From positions 14,014,001-14,078,000 of the forward strand of contig NC_087245.1 of the NCBI RefSeq assembly GCF_037042905.1: a stretch of 64,000 nt of DNA, given 5' to 3'. This stretch comes from Lytechinus pictus. Taxonomy: Eukaryota. How positions within the stretch are numbered: position 1 is the stretch's first letter; each line of letters starts with the position of its first letter. Shown in pieces: positions 14,522 through 27,635 of the stretch. Both the position numbers and the translations under genes were made by a program. The notes below the pieces were generated by a model. The model searched no databases. It was given only the letters and a program-made list of their open reading frames with translations, and was not told where the DNA came from.

Positions 14522-14610
14522 TAATGATCTTTGGCCCTAGAAGTATAGTTCAGACCACAGTTACAGTCTAGTGATTACATTTAGTTGTAGAAATGATTTT
14601 ATTAAACGTC

Positions 14611-14800
14611 CAGGGGGGTGTTTCACAAAGATTGAAGTATGACTTAAATGCCGACGCAATACATGCAATACGCAGTACGCAGTAGTGCACGTCCTCTTGT
14701 CATGATCTGACCAATGCTGCTGTGCCTTTTATACCACATGTTACTAGACATTTAAGTGCGGCTCTAAGTCATACTGAAGTCTTTGTGAAACACCCCCTTG
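14611..14800. mobile_element. Palindromic PIF/Harbinger-like MITE
   Basis: GGGGGTGTTTCACAAAGA...TCTTTGTGAAACACCCCC. Confidence 0.75.
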
Positions 14801-16162
14801 GAAAAGTTCATTCTGCAGAACCTGGGTTGTTAAAAATCACTTGAATGGAACAAAGATCCTGATTGAGGACATCTATTCAGTCTGCTACTTCTGTTTCCAT
14901 TTTGCAACTTGTATCCTCCAAGTTGACCAATACTTCCTAGTTCAAATTGTATCTTACTATTCACAGTGGGTGGCTTTGAAGTGGGAGAGAATCAATGTTG
15001 ATGAAAAAATTGCTAGAAAATTAGCCTGTGCTAACCATGCATTGTGTTTGCATTGATTTGGGATTCATCATTGTGATTCAGCTTAAGAAAATTGTTTGAA
15101 TGCACCTCTCAACACCTGTAAATATTAGAGTCTTGGCACAGTTAGGGGTTCTGGATGCTATCATTGGGGAGTGATGAGATAAATTCTGGTTCATTTTGAT
15201 ATCTTCATGCAAAAGAAAGAAGACTGTTCTCCAGTTTTAAACCATACTAGTACTTTGAGAATTTGATGGGCAAATTAGCAAATTGGCAAATAAGCTAGAG
15301 ATAATTAATCGCAAAAGCGGCAATAAATTCTCACTAGCTAATCCGTCAATTTAAAAATCTTAGATAAGGGTGTAATATTATAATTGAAACTCATCAAATA
15401 GGTTTTAAAACTATGATATGTTATTAAACAAATTTTTAATAATATTTGTATGAGATTTATTATTGATAAGATAGAATCTATATTAGGCAAACGTAGATAC
15501 ATGTATCTACTTTAGAGATGTAGGTCGTTGCTGATGTCACAATTTTGAACTAAACCCACATTAATGGCGACCTCCATCAAGAGACTTTGAATCTGAAGAA
15601 TCCCAACTTTGAAGAGGTGGTACTCCATACTGGGAAATAAGATTTGGGTATTACTGAATCCATCTTGATTATCCTGTATTCATTATTCTGTGGTATTAGA
15701 TTTTTAATTTCACTTTCCTTTTTTCCTTTTTTTTATTATTTGGGGACACATGCTGAAACTCTCCAAAATGCAGAAAAACATAAATTCCATGCCAGTACAA
15801 ATTTGTCAGAAATACAAAATGATCCTATCAGTGCATGCAAAATAAAATCCCACAAATTATTTCTTAACACTGACTCTGAATATTCCATGAAAAAAAGAGA
15901 ATATTTCAAATGATAATGAAAATGAAAATGGCAAGTTATGGAGTGACATAATTTGGGAGCTGTTTACAGATGTCATAAAATGTAGAATAAAAAATTGACA
16001 ACAGTAGATATTCAACAAAATATTTTGATATGTTTGATAATATTTTTCAGCTTTTATTAAAATAAACTTGGCATTTGAATAGACCACCCTGCAGCTCCAA
16101 TTGGCAAATGAACATTGCAGAGGAGTACCTAAAAATTGTTTGTATTCTATTTTTTTGTACAG

Positions 16163-16240
16163 GAGGTGCCTTCCACTGTGATGCGCTGAAAGCTGCAGAC
16201 ATTCTTCCTCTCCTTCGGGACAAGTTAGCTTTCCTCTCAG
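16163..16240 (+). CDS. TRIO: Trio/Kalirin-like RhoGEF, internal coding exon A (start of SEC14 region)
   Basis: ttttttgtacAG|...TCAG|GTattt; 78 nt, phase 1-1; GAFHCDALKAADILPLLRDKLAFLS resembles the Trio/Kalirin N-terminal 'LKAxDVLPILKEKVAxxSGGRDKRGGP' segment. Confidence 0.92.
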
Positions 16241-16267
16241 GTATTTCCTAAAGCTTTGATGATGTAA

Positions 16268-16661
16268 CATAATTACTGTGTTTACACGCTGGTGCAGATC
16301 CTTGAGCTGGGGTAAACTCGCCTTTTTTTATGCTTGTAAAGGCGATTAACTTGCCCCGGCTTGCGGAGCAGACACGGCAATTTTGCTCCGCCAAAATAGT
16401 AGGATCAGACCCTCTAGTTGGTGCAGACATGGCAATTTTTCTCTGTGTAAACACAAAGTCAAGTCTGCCCCGGAAATTAGGGCGCGTTTCATAAAGTAAA
16501 TTTTATCCACTGATCTGTGTTTTTGCCCCAAGGGCTGAGTCTGATCCGCGAGCTGGAGCAGTGTGTAAACGCGACGTAGGATGACCCGAGAGCCAAGTCT
16601 GCACCAGCTCACAGATCTGCTCCGTGAGCCGGGGCGGCGTGTAAGTTACACAGTAATTATG
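16268..16661. mobile_element. CpG-rich MITE just downstream of exon A
   Basis: TIR CATAATTACTGTGT..TACACGC / GCGTGTAA..ACACAGTAATTATG; internal GTGTAAAC repeats. Confidence 0.7.
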
Positions 16662-16794
16662 ATCATGGTGGTGTTGGTTATGGCAATAATGGTGTTGATA
16701 TCATGCACAATGATGGTGGTGGTGGGGTTATGATGATGGGGATGATTTAACACAAAGTGATGGGGGTGGGGGATTGGGTGATGAGGGTGATGAT

Positions 16795-17571
16795 GGGCAA
16801 TTCCAAGCAAAATTTAAATTTTCCAAAAATTTATATTGGCTCTATTTCAAATCTGGATAAAATTTTTTCCATCAAAACTCATATGGAATTTCATAAATAC
16901 AAATGGGGAACATAATTAGCCACAAATTTTGTTTTCTTACACATCTCCTTACAGGAGGATCCAAACCATACAAAAAATTCTATACATGGGACTACATATA
17001 TATATTTTTTTTACTTAATTTAACAGAAAACTATTGCTTGTTTTGTAAAATTTTCTTTTGGATAATCTGAAGGTCATCATTTTACATCATATCAAATGAA
17101 AATTTTAAAATATAAGTTCATTTTACGTTGCCTGTTTGTGGATATTTCTGATGTCACTCTGTAACCGTCATTCCGTAACCAGATATGGGTTTTAGTTTTA
17201 AGTTGTAATTAATGAAATAATACACCAATTTTTTAATGTAATGCAGCATATTAAAGCTAGAACAACATAGAATCCAATCAATAAATCAAAATTGTGATAG
17301 AAATTGAAAGTTCACAGAGTTTGAGCAATATGTTTTCTCCTCAAATATGCATGTCCATTTTGCGTCACTCCGTATAAACCATGTTTATAAATATTCATAT
17401 CTCATTAATTCAGTGGATTAAAATAACAAATGTTATTATTTTGAAAAGTGGGTTTCAGCAACTACTGTCAGGTACCATTTCTTTGCAAGTAACTATTCAA
17501 ATATGGGTGATATCTTTGTTTGAATGCAAAAATTTGTTTCTGAATGTCATTCAATTACCTTGGAACTGCCC
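16795..17571. mobile_element. Non-autonomous DNA element inserted in a (GAT)n tract
   Basis: TIR GGGCAATTCCAAG / CTTGGAACTGCCC; similar termini at 43185-43367. Confidence 0.7.
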
Positions 17572-17739
17572 TGATGATGAAGATGATGATGTCGATCTAG
17601 ATGTAGTGGTGGTTGTGTCAGTAGTTATGACGATGATAATTACAACGATGATGGTAATGGTGAATGGATTCACATGATGATGATGGTGATGATGTAGGCG
17701 TGGGAGAGTTCAGCTTTAAAGTTGATTCAGCTATTGTTA

Positions 17740-18364
17740 ATATTGAGCACTTTTAGAAATGTACGTCCACATAGTGGACTGGTACGAGATGACGTCATTT
17801 TTTGGCGTTCCATATGCCTCAGGTCCTCACACACGTCCACTATCAGAATCGAGAACCTCGCCACATCCATTTTGCGGTTCTCCTAATTCATAGACGACGT
17901 GCACGTGAGTGACGTCATTTTAACCGTTCAAGCCCAGCATGAAGATCAACCTTTCCCTTGTAAAACACAGTTTTCAGTGACTTTTCACAAAATTAATGTA
18001 AGTTGTACGATGCATTATGTTTATCATATTTGAAATTGCTTTCTGATCTCCAAAATATACATCGATATATATCCTAACTCGCGTAAAAAGGAATCAAAGC
18101 AAGTGAAAGGGCACATGTGCACAAGTTGCACCTTCGCATCACCCGACCGGGTCGCCAGGCGATGGTGCGCCAGATCTTCCGGGTCGGGCAGCGTAACATG
18201 ACCCGCTGGTTATCGCGCTGTTTCATGTGGACGTACGTACACGTACAAGTCGAGTGAAATCTAAAGTCATCCTGTTTGTAGTGAACGAGGGCAGATGACG
18301 ACGTTCACTCGAACGATCAGAGGACTGCTACGTCGTTCACGTCCACTGCTCCTAAAACTCTCTA
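17740..18364. mobile_element. Probable CpG-rich interspersed repeat
   Basis: Abrupt CpG-rich block with repeated ACGTCCAC/GACGTC motifs; weak TIR. Confidence 0.4.
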
Positions 18365-19590
18365 TTTATATTTCCAGCTTTTTGTGTTATCTCATCTTAT
18401 CCGTCTTTATCAAAGTATAGGAGCTTTTGCAATTTCAGATTTTTCCATTTCTTGTCACTCAAACCCCATAATGATGATGATGAAGAAGATGATGATGATG
18501 ATGATGATGTTGATGACGATGATAATTGTTGTATTGTATTTATTTTCCATTCATAAAAACATGCAAAATACAAACAAAATACATCAGATATAATTACAAA
18601 ATAAAATAAATACATATGAATGGCTGGATTGCCCATTCAGAGTGGTAATTTTTACCACTCTGTTCTGCCTAGGGGTCCAGAACATAATAAAATAGATCAG
18701 ATTGTATTATAAACATAATTAACAATAGAAAAGAACGACATTAAACAAAATATAAAGTAATGAAAGCAAGTCAGTAGACATAAAACTAAATATAAAGTTA
18801 CAATTTCAAGCTACAAGCAAATAACCCCCCCCCTCCCGGCAAAACAACGCGTTGCTCAGATATCAATGTACTTCGAAACCTTAGAGCTCAAAGAAGTAAT
18901 AAATGTAGTTAAGTTTTTGATAAATTTCATATCTAAAGGTAAGTCATTATATAGGCGTGAACCTCTATATATAAACATTCTACGGCAATTTTCTGTATTT
19001 GGTTTGGGCATAATTACATTACCTACGGTTCTTAAATTATATGAGTAATTACAATATTTAAATGAATCTGCTAAGTATAATGGAGCCAGGCCGTTCAATG
19101 ATTTGAACACCATTGTATGTACATGGATATTTCTTCGTGATTGCAATGACCTTCATTCGAGTCGTTGGTGTATTTCTCTATTTGATATTCGATTTTGCGG
19201 TTTAACATTCAAAATGATACGACCAGCTCTGTTCTGAATTTTTTGAAGACGTTCAGTATATTTCTTATTTGTGGACTCGTATACAATATCAGCATAATCA
19301 AATAAGGGAAGTATAACTGAACTATACAATAATTTCAGATTACTTTCAGTTACGAAATGTCTTAGACGTGCTAAATATTTGACAAGCTTATTAGTTTTCT
19401 TACACAGTTCTTCAATATGAGTATCCCACTTCAATTTTGGATCGAGATACATGCCTAAATATTTAACAGAGTTAGATTGCTTAATAGTTTTATCAGATAT
19501 TTTAACATTTATATTTGCACATTTTGACAACATAATATTAGTTCCAAAAAGCATAGAATTCGTTTTATCAACATTAAGGCTTAGTTTGTT

Positions 19591-20487
19591 TATTTATTTA
19601 TTTATTTTGTTTTATTTATTTTATACTGCAGGGTAGGCCTGTTCAGTTCTTAAAACTGCTTTACAAAGGCGCCCTGCAGTTTAAAATACATGTCAAGATA
19701 ACTATGAACAACAACAACAAACAACATCAAAAATACAAAATACAAAATATCTAACATCAGAAACAATTAACACCAAAATATAGAGTGGGAAGTGACAATT
19801 TAAACATACATAGCATTGTAAATCAAAGGAATATCATTTCGCTCTTTATCAATTCGTATGAAAGGCTTTGCATAATTTTTTAAAAACTAACAAGGAGGTA
19901 CAAACTTGTAAATTTGAAGGAAGTGCATTAAATAATTTGGGTCCGACATATGCGAAAGATTTTCTTTTATGTTCAATTCTAGCTTTTGGAAGCTGAAGGG
20001 GGCATCGTAAAGAATACCGTGTCCTGTATTTCACGGGCCGTTTACATACTAAAGGTTTTAAATAATTTGGAACTAAATCATTCATTATTTTATATACAAG
20101 AACACAATACTGATATTTTATACGCTGATCTACTGATTGCCACTTCAGTGACTGCAACAAAGAAATTTGTGATGTATTATAATCTTTTTTCAAAAGCATT
20201 CTGGCATATTTATTTTGAAGTTTTTGTATCTTATCTAAATGTATTTTTGCACTGCTTCCCCAAGATGTAATACAGTAATCAATGTAAGGTAAAACCATAG
20301 AAAAGTACAGCTTCTTCATAATATCAAAGGACAGTAAGTGCTTAATCCGCCTTACACAACCTATTGCCCGAGATATTTTACAAACGATATTAGTAATATG
20401 TTCGCACCAAGTCAAGCCCGGATCGAGCATGACACCTAAGTATTTAATCTTTTTTACATTTTCTAATTGTATGTTCCTGAATTTCAC
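19591..20487 (-). mobile_element. Second, 5'-truncated CR1/L2-group LINE (RT C-terminus, 3' UTR, (AATA)n tail) nested in the element above
   Basis: ORF 19849-20487 (KYLGVMLD...LTW.EHI...YIDYC...QKLQNKYAR); own 3' end with an (AATA)n tail at about 19591-19625. Confidence 0.85.
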
Positions 20488-20688
20488 ATACTTTTTTAAA
20501 TTGAAAAAATGCGATAAATAGCCCTTTATTCCTTTAATTTTGTTAATTTGAGCCCCCTAAATGTGCATGCGCCGGGTCAAGCCAGTTCTTATCTCCTTGA
20601 CCGAGCCAAGCTCTACAAGACAGTACACGTGGCCATTCTAGCTAGGCCGTCGGGACATCCCTGGGGGCCCCCCGTAAAAAATACTGTG
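20485..20688. mobile_element. ~200-bp insertion with CACA-initiated imperfect terminal inverted repeats (CACTA/Chapaev/Transib-like non-autonomous element?)
   Basis: Ends read CACATACTTTTTTA and CACAGTATTTTTTA; flanked by TT on both sides. Confidence 0.4.
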
Positions 20689-23600
20689 TTATGACACAGC
20701 CAATCATATATGTTACGTAGATCAATATTTATGTTGTATTCTATCTCACTGATATTTTTTCCAGAAAAATAAATAACTGTGTCGTCTGCATACAGATGCA
20801 GTTTACAATATTTTACATGTTTATTGATATCGTTTATGTATAACGTAAAGAGAATTGGCCCTAGGGTTGAACCCTGTGGAATCCCATACTCTATACTCGA
20901 GACGTTTGATGTAATATTCTCTATACACGTACATATATTCCGGTTGCATAAATAACTCTCAAACCAGTGCAAAGCATCTTCTGAAACACCGATCTTTGCT
21001 AGCTTCTTCACAAGTATTTTAACATCCACAGTGTCGAAGGCCTTTTTCAGGTCGATGAATACTGCCCCCGTATAAAGACCCTCGTCCATTGCCTTGAGCC
21101 AGTCATCTGTGACTTTCAAAAGAGAAGTCATTGTTGAGTGCTTCTTTCTAAATCCGGACTGTTCCACACAGAGTATTTCATTTTCTTTCATATACAATTT
21201 AAGTTGGTTGGATACAAGTCTTTCCATAATTTTTGAAATAGAAGATAAAATGGAGATTGGTCTATAGTTACAAGGATCATTTTTATCACCTGATTTGTAA
21301 ATTGGAATAACTTTTGCTATCTTGTATTTATGTGGGAACGTACTATCTAGTAGTGATTTATTGATCAAATAAGTAAGTGATGGAAGTATGACTGGTGCAG
21401 ACATTTTTAATATTTGAGCAGTAATACCATCTATACCAGATGAAGGTTTATTTTTTAATAATTTAATCTCTTTTGAAACATCCTCTTCTGTTACTGCTGT
21501 AAAATAAAAAGATGAATCCAGGTTACATTGTTCCGGCACTATTCCAGAAGAAAGAGGAATCTTGGATGCTAAATCAGCCCCGATATTTGCAAAATAATTA
21601 TTAAAATTCTCACTTTGCTCAAATATTTGTTCTTTGTCAGTTTTAATCATAGAATTTGATTTCTTAGAAGGTAATAGTGATTTCATAACAGTCCATATAT
21701 TTCCAGCATTTACTTTTAGTTTTGTTATTTGATCATTATAATATTTTTCTTTTCTTTCCTAATTTGGTAAGTGATTTTATTCCTGATCTTTCTATATTCT
21801 ATCATTTTAATTTCATCTTTACTTTTCCAGGCTTTTTTCTTCAATTTCTCCCTTTCTCGAATCAATTTAAGTATTTCCGAGTTCATCCAGGGCGATTTTT
21901 TACTCCGAATTCTCCTACTTCTGATAGGCATACAATAGTCAACAACTGACATTAAAAGTTCTTCCCATTTGAAAAATGCTTCATTTATATTATCATAATT
22001 AAGTATCTCATGCCAAGACTGGTTATTTAATCTTTCCATGTACGCTTCTAGATCAATACCTGATAGTTTTCTGAAGTTAATCATTCGAGAAGCGTCTTCA
22101 TGTTTTGATTTCCATATCATGTAACTCATTGATTGGTCACTGATACCACCGTGAATAACACCATATTTATTTATATTTTCAAGTGAATTAGTAATCATAT
22201 GATCTATGAGAGTCATTGAATTGCATGTGACCCTTGTGTAGTCGGTTCTATTAATTTGATCTAAAGAATATAAGTTATGAATTTCTTGTAGACGTTTAGT
22301 GTCAGTCGATGATGGAGACTTTAAGATATCACAGTTGGTATCACCCATTATGACAATACACTTGTTAAAACGGTCAAGATATGATAAATAGTTTTCATAT
22401 TGCTGGAATATATCAAGATGAGAGTTTGGTGGTCGATACCAGGTACAAAAAATAATTGGGTTTGAAAACTTTGGACGTATCATTAACGAAATTATTTCTA
22501 ATGAGTTCTCTTCTTTATAATCAATTTCTTCAAAAGATAACGAGTTTTGGATATAAACAGCTACTCCACCTCCGTGTCGATTTCTATCTCTACGGATAAG
22601 GAGATAATTGTCAATATTTAATTCACTATTAAATATTGATTCATCTAAGAACGTTTCATTCAGTGCTAGTACATGTATTTTATTACATTCTAATAATAAT
22701 TTTATTTCATCAATGTTTCGAAGGAGGCTACGAATATTTAAGTGTACAAACCTAAAACCTTTACTTTGTAAGCAACCAAATTGCAACGGGTTTTCTATTT
22801 CTGATAAGCAAGAAGTGTTGACATTCACATTACTTTTAGTGTGAGTGGTACATGAAATATTATCAAATTCACCAGTTAAAAAAGGTAAGTAATTGAAAAG
22901 ACATTTGGTACATTGCCAGTCTAAAAACAATTGAGTCGGATCATCATATAAATCATTACTTATTTTAACACATTTTGTGTGAACCCATTTTTTACAAACA
23001 GTACATTGTAAAGCTCTTTGAGTATTTTTTACACTTTTAAGGCAACTGACGCAAGGAAATTGTTTCACCATTAGTTAAAAACTACATAAAAGTAGAACAA
23101 AAGTTAAAAACACTATTCAATATAAAAAGAATACAGCCGTAAAGATGATACTATGAGTTCTAGTTGAAGATAACGAAGGATTACATCAGGTCCATGAAAA
23201 TTTAAGATTTATATGTAATCAACCCTGCATTGATTAGAATCTTCATCAGTAATGTCAGTCCTGTTTAATCAGGGATACATCAAGAGATTATACATTCATA
23301 TAGTGTCCAAATCACTCTCAGCCTTGATCAAACGTTTGACAGTTTTCCCTCCGCTTGCTGGAAGTAAGGCTATGATTCTGCCATCCGATGACCAGGCAGA
23401 TATGACTTTCGTAGTTGCTTTAGTCTTTTTCAAAAGGTCCGCATTGACCCTCGTCAAATCCTCATCAATGCCCATCTTCTTTCCTTTTAGTTCACTGCGT
23501 TTAGAAAGGACTGCACGTCGCACTCTATATGACACGAACTTCGCGATTATCACCCGAGGCTTTGTCTTCGACCACTCGTGAGGATCTTTTGATCTACTTC

Positions 23601-24668
23601 GTGTAGATCGTGTAATAATGATGATGATGATGATAAATGATAAATTATAAATTATAATGATGATGGTGATGATGATGTTGCTGATAATGATGATGAGGAT
23701 GAAGATGATGATTATGATTATGATGATGACTGGATGGAAGTGATGGTGCTGTGGTTGAAATTGATGAAATAAATTATGATGGAAACAATGAGACAAACAT
23801 AAAAAATAGTAATATTATTAAGACCATAACCTCAATATTTTATATCTCATTAAAATTTAAATGAAGTAAAGATACATGTAAATGCTGTAATTATGGAGCC
23901 TATATTAGGAAAATGGAAGGCATGAATTGACAATCCATGTATCTGTAATAATCTAATGTATCGTAGATTTCTTCAAAAGAGTGTGATCAGGGGCTGTGTA
24001 ATAATATGGGACAGTAAATAGGGGCAGTCAATAGTCGCTGTAATGGCAATTTACTAAATGGGTCTGCAGAGTTAGTCTCTTTTAAGACTTTTCCCTGATG
24101 TTAATCAAATGTGTATTCCAGGGGACAACTAGATAACCTATTTCAACATAAAGTATCTTAACAAAAAACCCAACAACATTTATTAATGACAGCATCAAAC
24201 CTCATATTGTTTGAGATGGGGGTTATCATTTCATGAGTGAAAAAATCAGGTTAAAACATTGAGATGTTTAGACTACAAATGCAAATGCCTGCACAGGCTT
24301 ATTTGCTAATAGCCCATCATTATGCCTTGCTGATCAATTATGTCGTTAATGATTTTTATTTCCTTTTTCAACATCCACCCTTCTGTATACATATACATGT
24401 ATATGTATGATTTTAAAATCCTCATTTTCCATTTCATAAAAGAAATTCTGTCAATTTCTTTTAATAATCCTTCAATTGTTGACAGGATTTGTAGAATATG
24501 AATTTAATTCCAGCACATTTTTTTGAAAGCATCCGAATGTGAATGAATTATTACTTGATCTGCTTTGCATTTAGATAAAATTTGTTGTATTTACCTATCT
24601 TTTTTATGGCTACTGTACATTACATTTTCCAATAATTACTCACTTCTATATCTCTCATGTACATGTAG

Positions 24669-24783
24669 GTGGTCGAGACAAGAGAGGGGGTCCTATCCTT
24701 GCTTTCCCATCAGGCTCTGCCCTGGATAAAGTCAGTCCGATTGACCTCCGTAGGCTTGTCTTTTATCTGAGTGGAATCCCAAG
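24669..24783 (+). CDS. TRIO: Trio/Kalirin-like exon B (SEC14)
   Basis: catgtAG|...CCAAG|GTaaga; 115 nt, phase 1-2; GGRDKRGGPILAFPSGSALDKVSPIDLRRLVFYLSGIP. Confidence 0.96.
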
Positions 24784-24985
24784 GTAAGATCACTTCTTTG
24801 TTTTCATTTTTTTATCAAAACGATGGTAATTTTCACTCGTTTGTCCCCCATTTTTCCAGTCCATATGTCCATGAATGATCTGTGTTATGGGTTTATTATC
24901 ATAGAACTTTTGATAATTTTTAATAATTACAGGTTATTCATTGTACCATTTTGCATTTTAAAATTTATTTTTGTCTCCATTCACT

Positions 24986-25588
24986 TTAAAGGGGAATCCA
25001 ACCCAAATAAAAACTTGTTTTTATAAGGAAAAGAAAAATCAGACAAGTTGATAGGTGAAAGTTTGAACAATATTGGACAAACAACAAGAAAGTTATGAAT
25101 TTTTAAAAGTTGTAAATATTGGTAATCACTATACCCATGGAGACTTCAAATTGGCCGCATATGGGATGTCATAGTGATGTAAGGCAAGGACTACTCTTCC
25201 ATGTACTCCAATACATATTATGGCTAAAATGTCATTTTTCCTAAAAGTTTTATTTCAAATTATATTTTTCTTTCATGAGGACATAAAACAATATACTACC
25301 TGGGTTATATTTAGATTACTGCCCCAGGGGAATGGGTACTTAGGAGAAAACCACAAATCCCTGATAATAAAGTACATGGCCTATGGGAAATTTGTCCTTG
25401 CCCCTTGTCATAATTTACTTACCCAGTTGCCAATTTGAAATCTACATAGTATTAGTGATCTAAATTTTAAAGCAGCTATAACTTTCTTATAGCTTGTCCG
25501 ATTTCTTTCAAACTTTCACCATTCTGTTAAATCTATTTTTCTCCTTCCCAACACAACATTTTATGGCCGAGGCTGGATTCCCCTTTAA
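24986..25588. mobile_element. Kolobok-like family K2
   Basis: TTAA-AGGGGAATCCAACCC...GGCTGGATTCCCCT-TTAA. Confidence 0.8.
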
Positions 25589-27185
25589 TATAAAAGTCAC
25601 CATTTATTCTACCAACCGATCAACAAATACTCTGCTGCAATAAAAAAAGGATAAAGTTGTTTTTGGAAAGTGTTCTGTGTGACTTGTGTTTTTTTTTCGA
25701 AAGAACTCTTGTAATAAAAAAAAAATACCCCATCTTGGTATATGACCACTTTAGAAAATAAGAAAAGACATAAATACAGAAACAATATGAAACCAAATAA
25801 AAACAGTTTCTCTATCAATCGTTGTTTGATATATTTGAATTGTGAGAAGTCTGTCCTTAAAGAGCTTAAAAAAGAAAAAATAAGTTTATCTCAGTCTAAT
25901 ATGCGATATGTATTCATCTTACATTGATTGTCTTGCATTCATTCCTGTAACCACTAATATAATTTTTTTGGAAATATTTCAAAATTGTATGTTTGTCATC
26001 ATTTTTTTCAAAATACTACATGTATTTGAATTACAAGGTCATAATCACATGGTTATTGTAAATAATATTGTTTTTCTCTCATTGTATACTATTATGATGC
26101 CTTACATTTGATAGGCCCCACAGTTCATGCACATGTAATCCAGGCTTTCTGTTTATTGATATAAAGACCAATCAATCAAGGCATGCTAGTATCTCTCTCT
26201 AACCCTGTTCTCATTGCTGAGGATTTGTACTATCTTAGTGCAACCCTTGTTGTATCCCAAGGTGAGACTTTGTCACCTTCCTTGCTTTCACTATGCAAGA
26301 AGTTGTGCAATAAGTTTTGCCTTCCTTGTTTTTGAAGGGGGTGGCTGTTTTTCTGTTTCCATATCTCAACAATTTTAGGTTATCAATTGATATTTTCAAT
26401 TAGAAGAAGATGTTCAATATACAAGTACAACACATTATTTTTAAGGACACATATACCTGCATACTCACATACTGTCTCTTTAGTCAAGTAACCAATGAAT
26501 ACTCAGAAAAAAATGTACCTTTTTTTGTCTCCTTTTTTATTTGTATCTATTTTATGATTTGATTGTTTTCCTATCTCTCTCTTCTCTCTCATTAATTACA
26601 TGCCTCCTCTTGCTCATTTTACCCCTCTCTGTTCTCTTACAGTTACATTTGCATTAATACATTTTTTGTGAATTCTTCTCACATGCACTCATCCTAGCAT
26701 ATGGGCCATTGGGCATGATGCTTGCTGAAAAAGCTTGAACCTGCCCCGCTCCTTCCATAACAACTCAGACATGTAAAGCACCAACATAAATCCATAAAAA
26801 AACTGCTGTGACTAACCATTTTTGTCATGAACTTGTATATTGCCTGCCTGAATAGAATATGAAGCACCATGGGGGAAAGCTTCCATAGCGACAGAGCAAG
26901 CATTATAGCAGCTAGAAATAATGGAGAAATTCATTAAGGAGAGAATGTGATGGTTTACTTTCCCCTGCCATGACTAAGATGTGGTCCAATGTTTTACGTA
27001 GGTGACTCATGGGCAATGTATACAAACTTTGGCTATCCGTTAAGATCATGATGTTTTAAGTTGTTATACCAAGTTGACACTGCAACGCAATTTAGACAGT
27101 CATGAGGCAATTTATGATTTGAAAGCTTACTAATGTGTCGAGGCGTGATGAGAGATACATGGCAGAGTAAGATAAAGGATATGTA

Positions 27186-27635
27186 GAGGCCGTTCTCATT
27201 ACGCTCTCTAAAACTAGTTTACTGGAAACCGATTCAGGAAATCACTTTGGAAGATCGCTTTGCTAGCGTTCCCACTTGATCACACGAAAGTGGTTTTCAA
27301 AATCACTTCACGTAAAGCGCTCTTGTTGCTATGGAAACACTCTCAGTGGGGTGACACGTTTTCACGCGAAATTCGAAACCGCAGCATAGGCATTCTACAC
27401 CTGTCGTGTGGAGTAGCGCGCTCAAAATGTGCGAAGATCGCTTCCCGAAGAACGGTTGTGTCCTCACTTACGCTAAAACCAGTTTAACGAGGCAAAGCGA
27501 TCTTGAAAACTACATCGCGAGGTGGTTTTCCAAACTGGTTCGGAAGATCGCTTCCAAGACCGCTTTGACCGTTCTCACTACGCGTTAAACTAGTTTCCAC
27601 TAAACTAGTTTTAGGAACGTAGTGAGAACAGCCTC
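27186..27635. mobile_element. 'ACTAGTTT' MITE, inverted relative to 10510-10972
   Basis: Near-identical reverse complement of 10510-10972. Confidence 0.9.

Larger units (their letters stand above)
18528..23612 (-). mobile_element. 5'-truncated, decayed CR1/L2-group non-LTR retrotransposon (ORF1 C-terminus; ORF2 PHD-APE-RT)
   Basis: ORF1-like 'PRVIIAKFVSYRVRRAVL...IDEDLT' (about 23296-23600); PHD finger plus AP endonuclease (LALNET, GGGVAVY, YRPP, MGDTN, LIDHM) at 21725-23071; RT (NYRPISIL, QSGFR, DLKKAFDTV, GIPQGSTLGP, YADD) at 20688-21686; RT C-terminus at 18856-19590 with an in-frame TGA; 3' stem-loop CAGAGTGGTAATTTTTACCACTCTG near 18638; flanked on both sides by (GAT)n. Confidence 0.93.

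Noticed and set aside
1..16162. First coding exon of Trio
   Set aside because: No ATG-containing phase-1 exon or promoter-like island could be supported; it probably lies upstream of the window
23600..23796. N-terminal His/Ile-rich part of the 166-aa ORF
   Set aside because: Microsatellite read-through fused to the LINE ORF1 fragment
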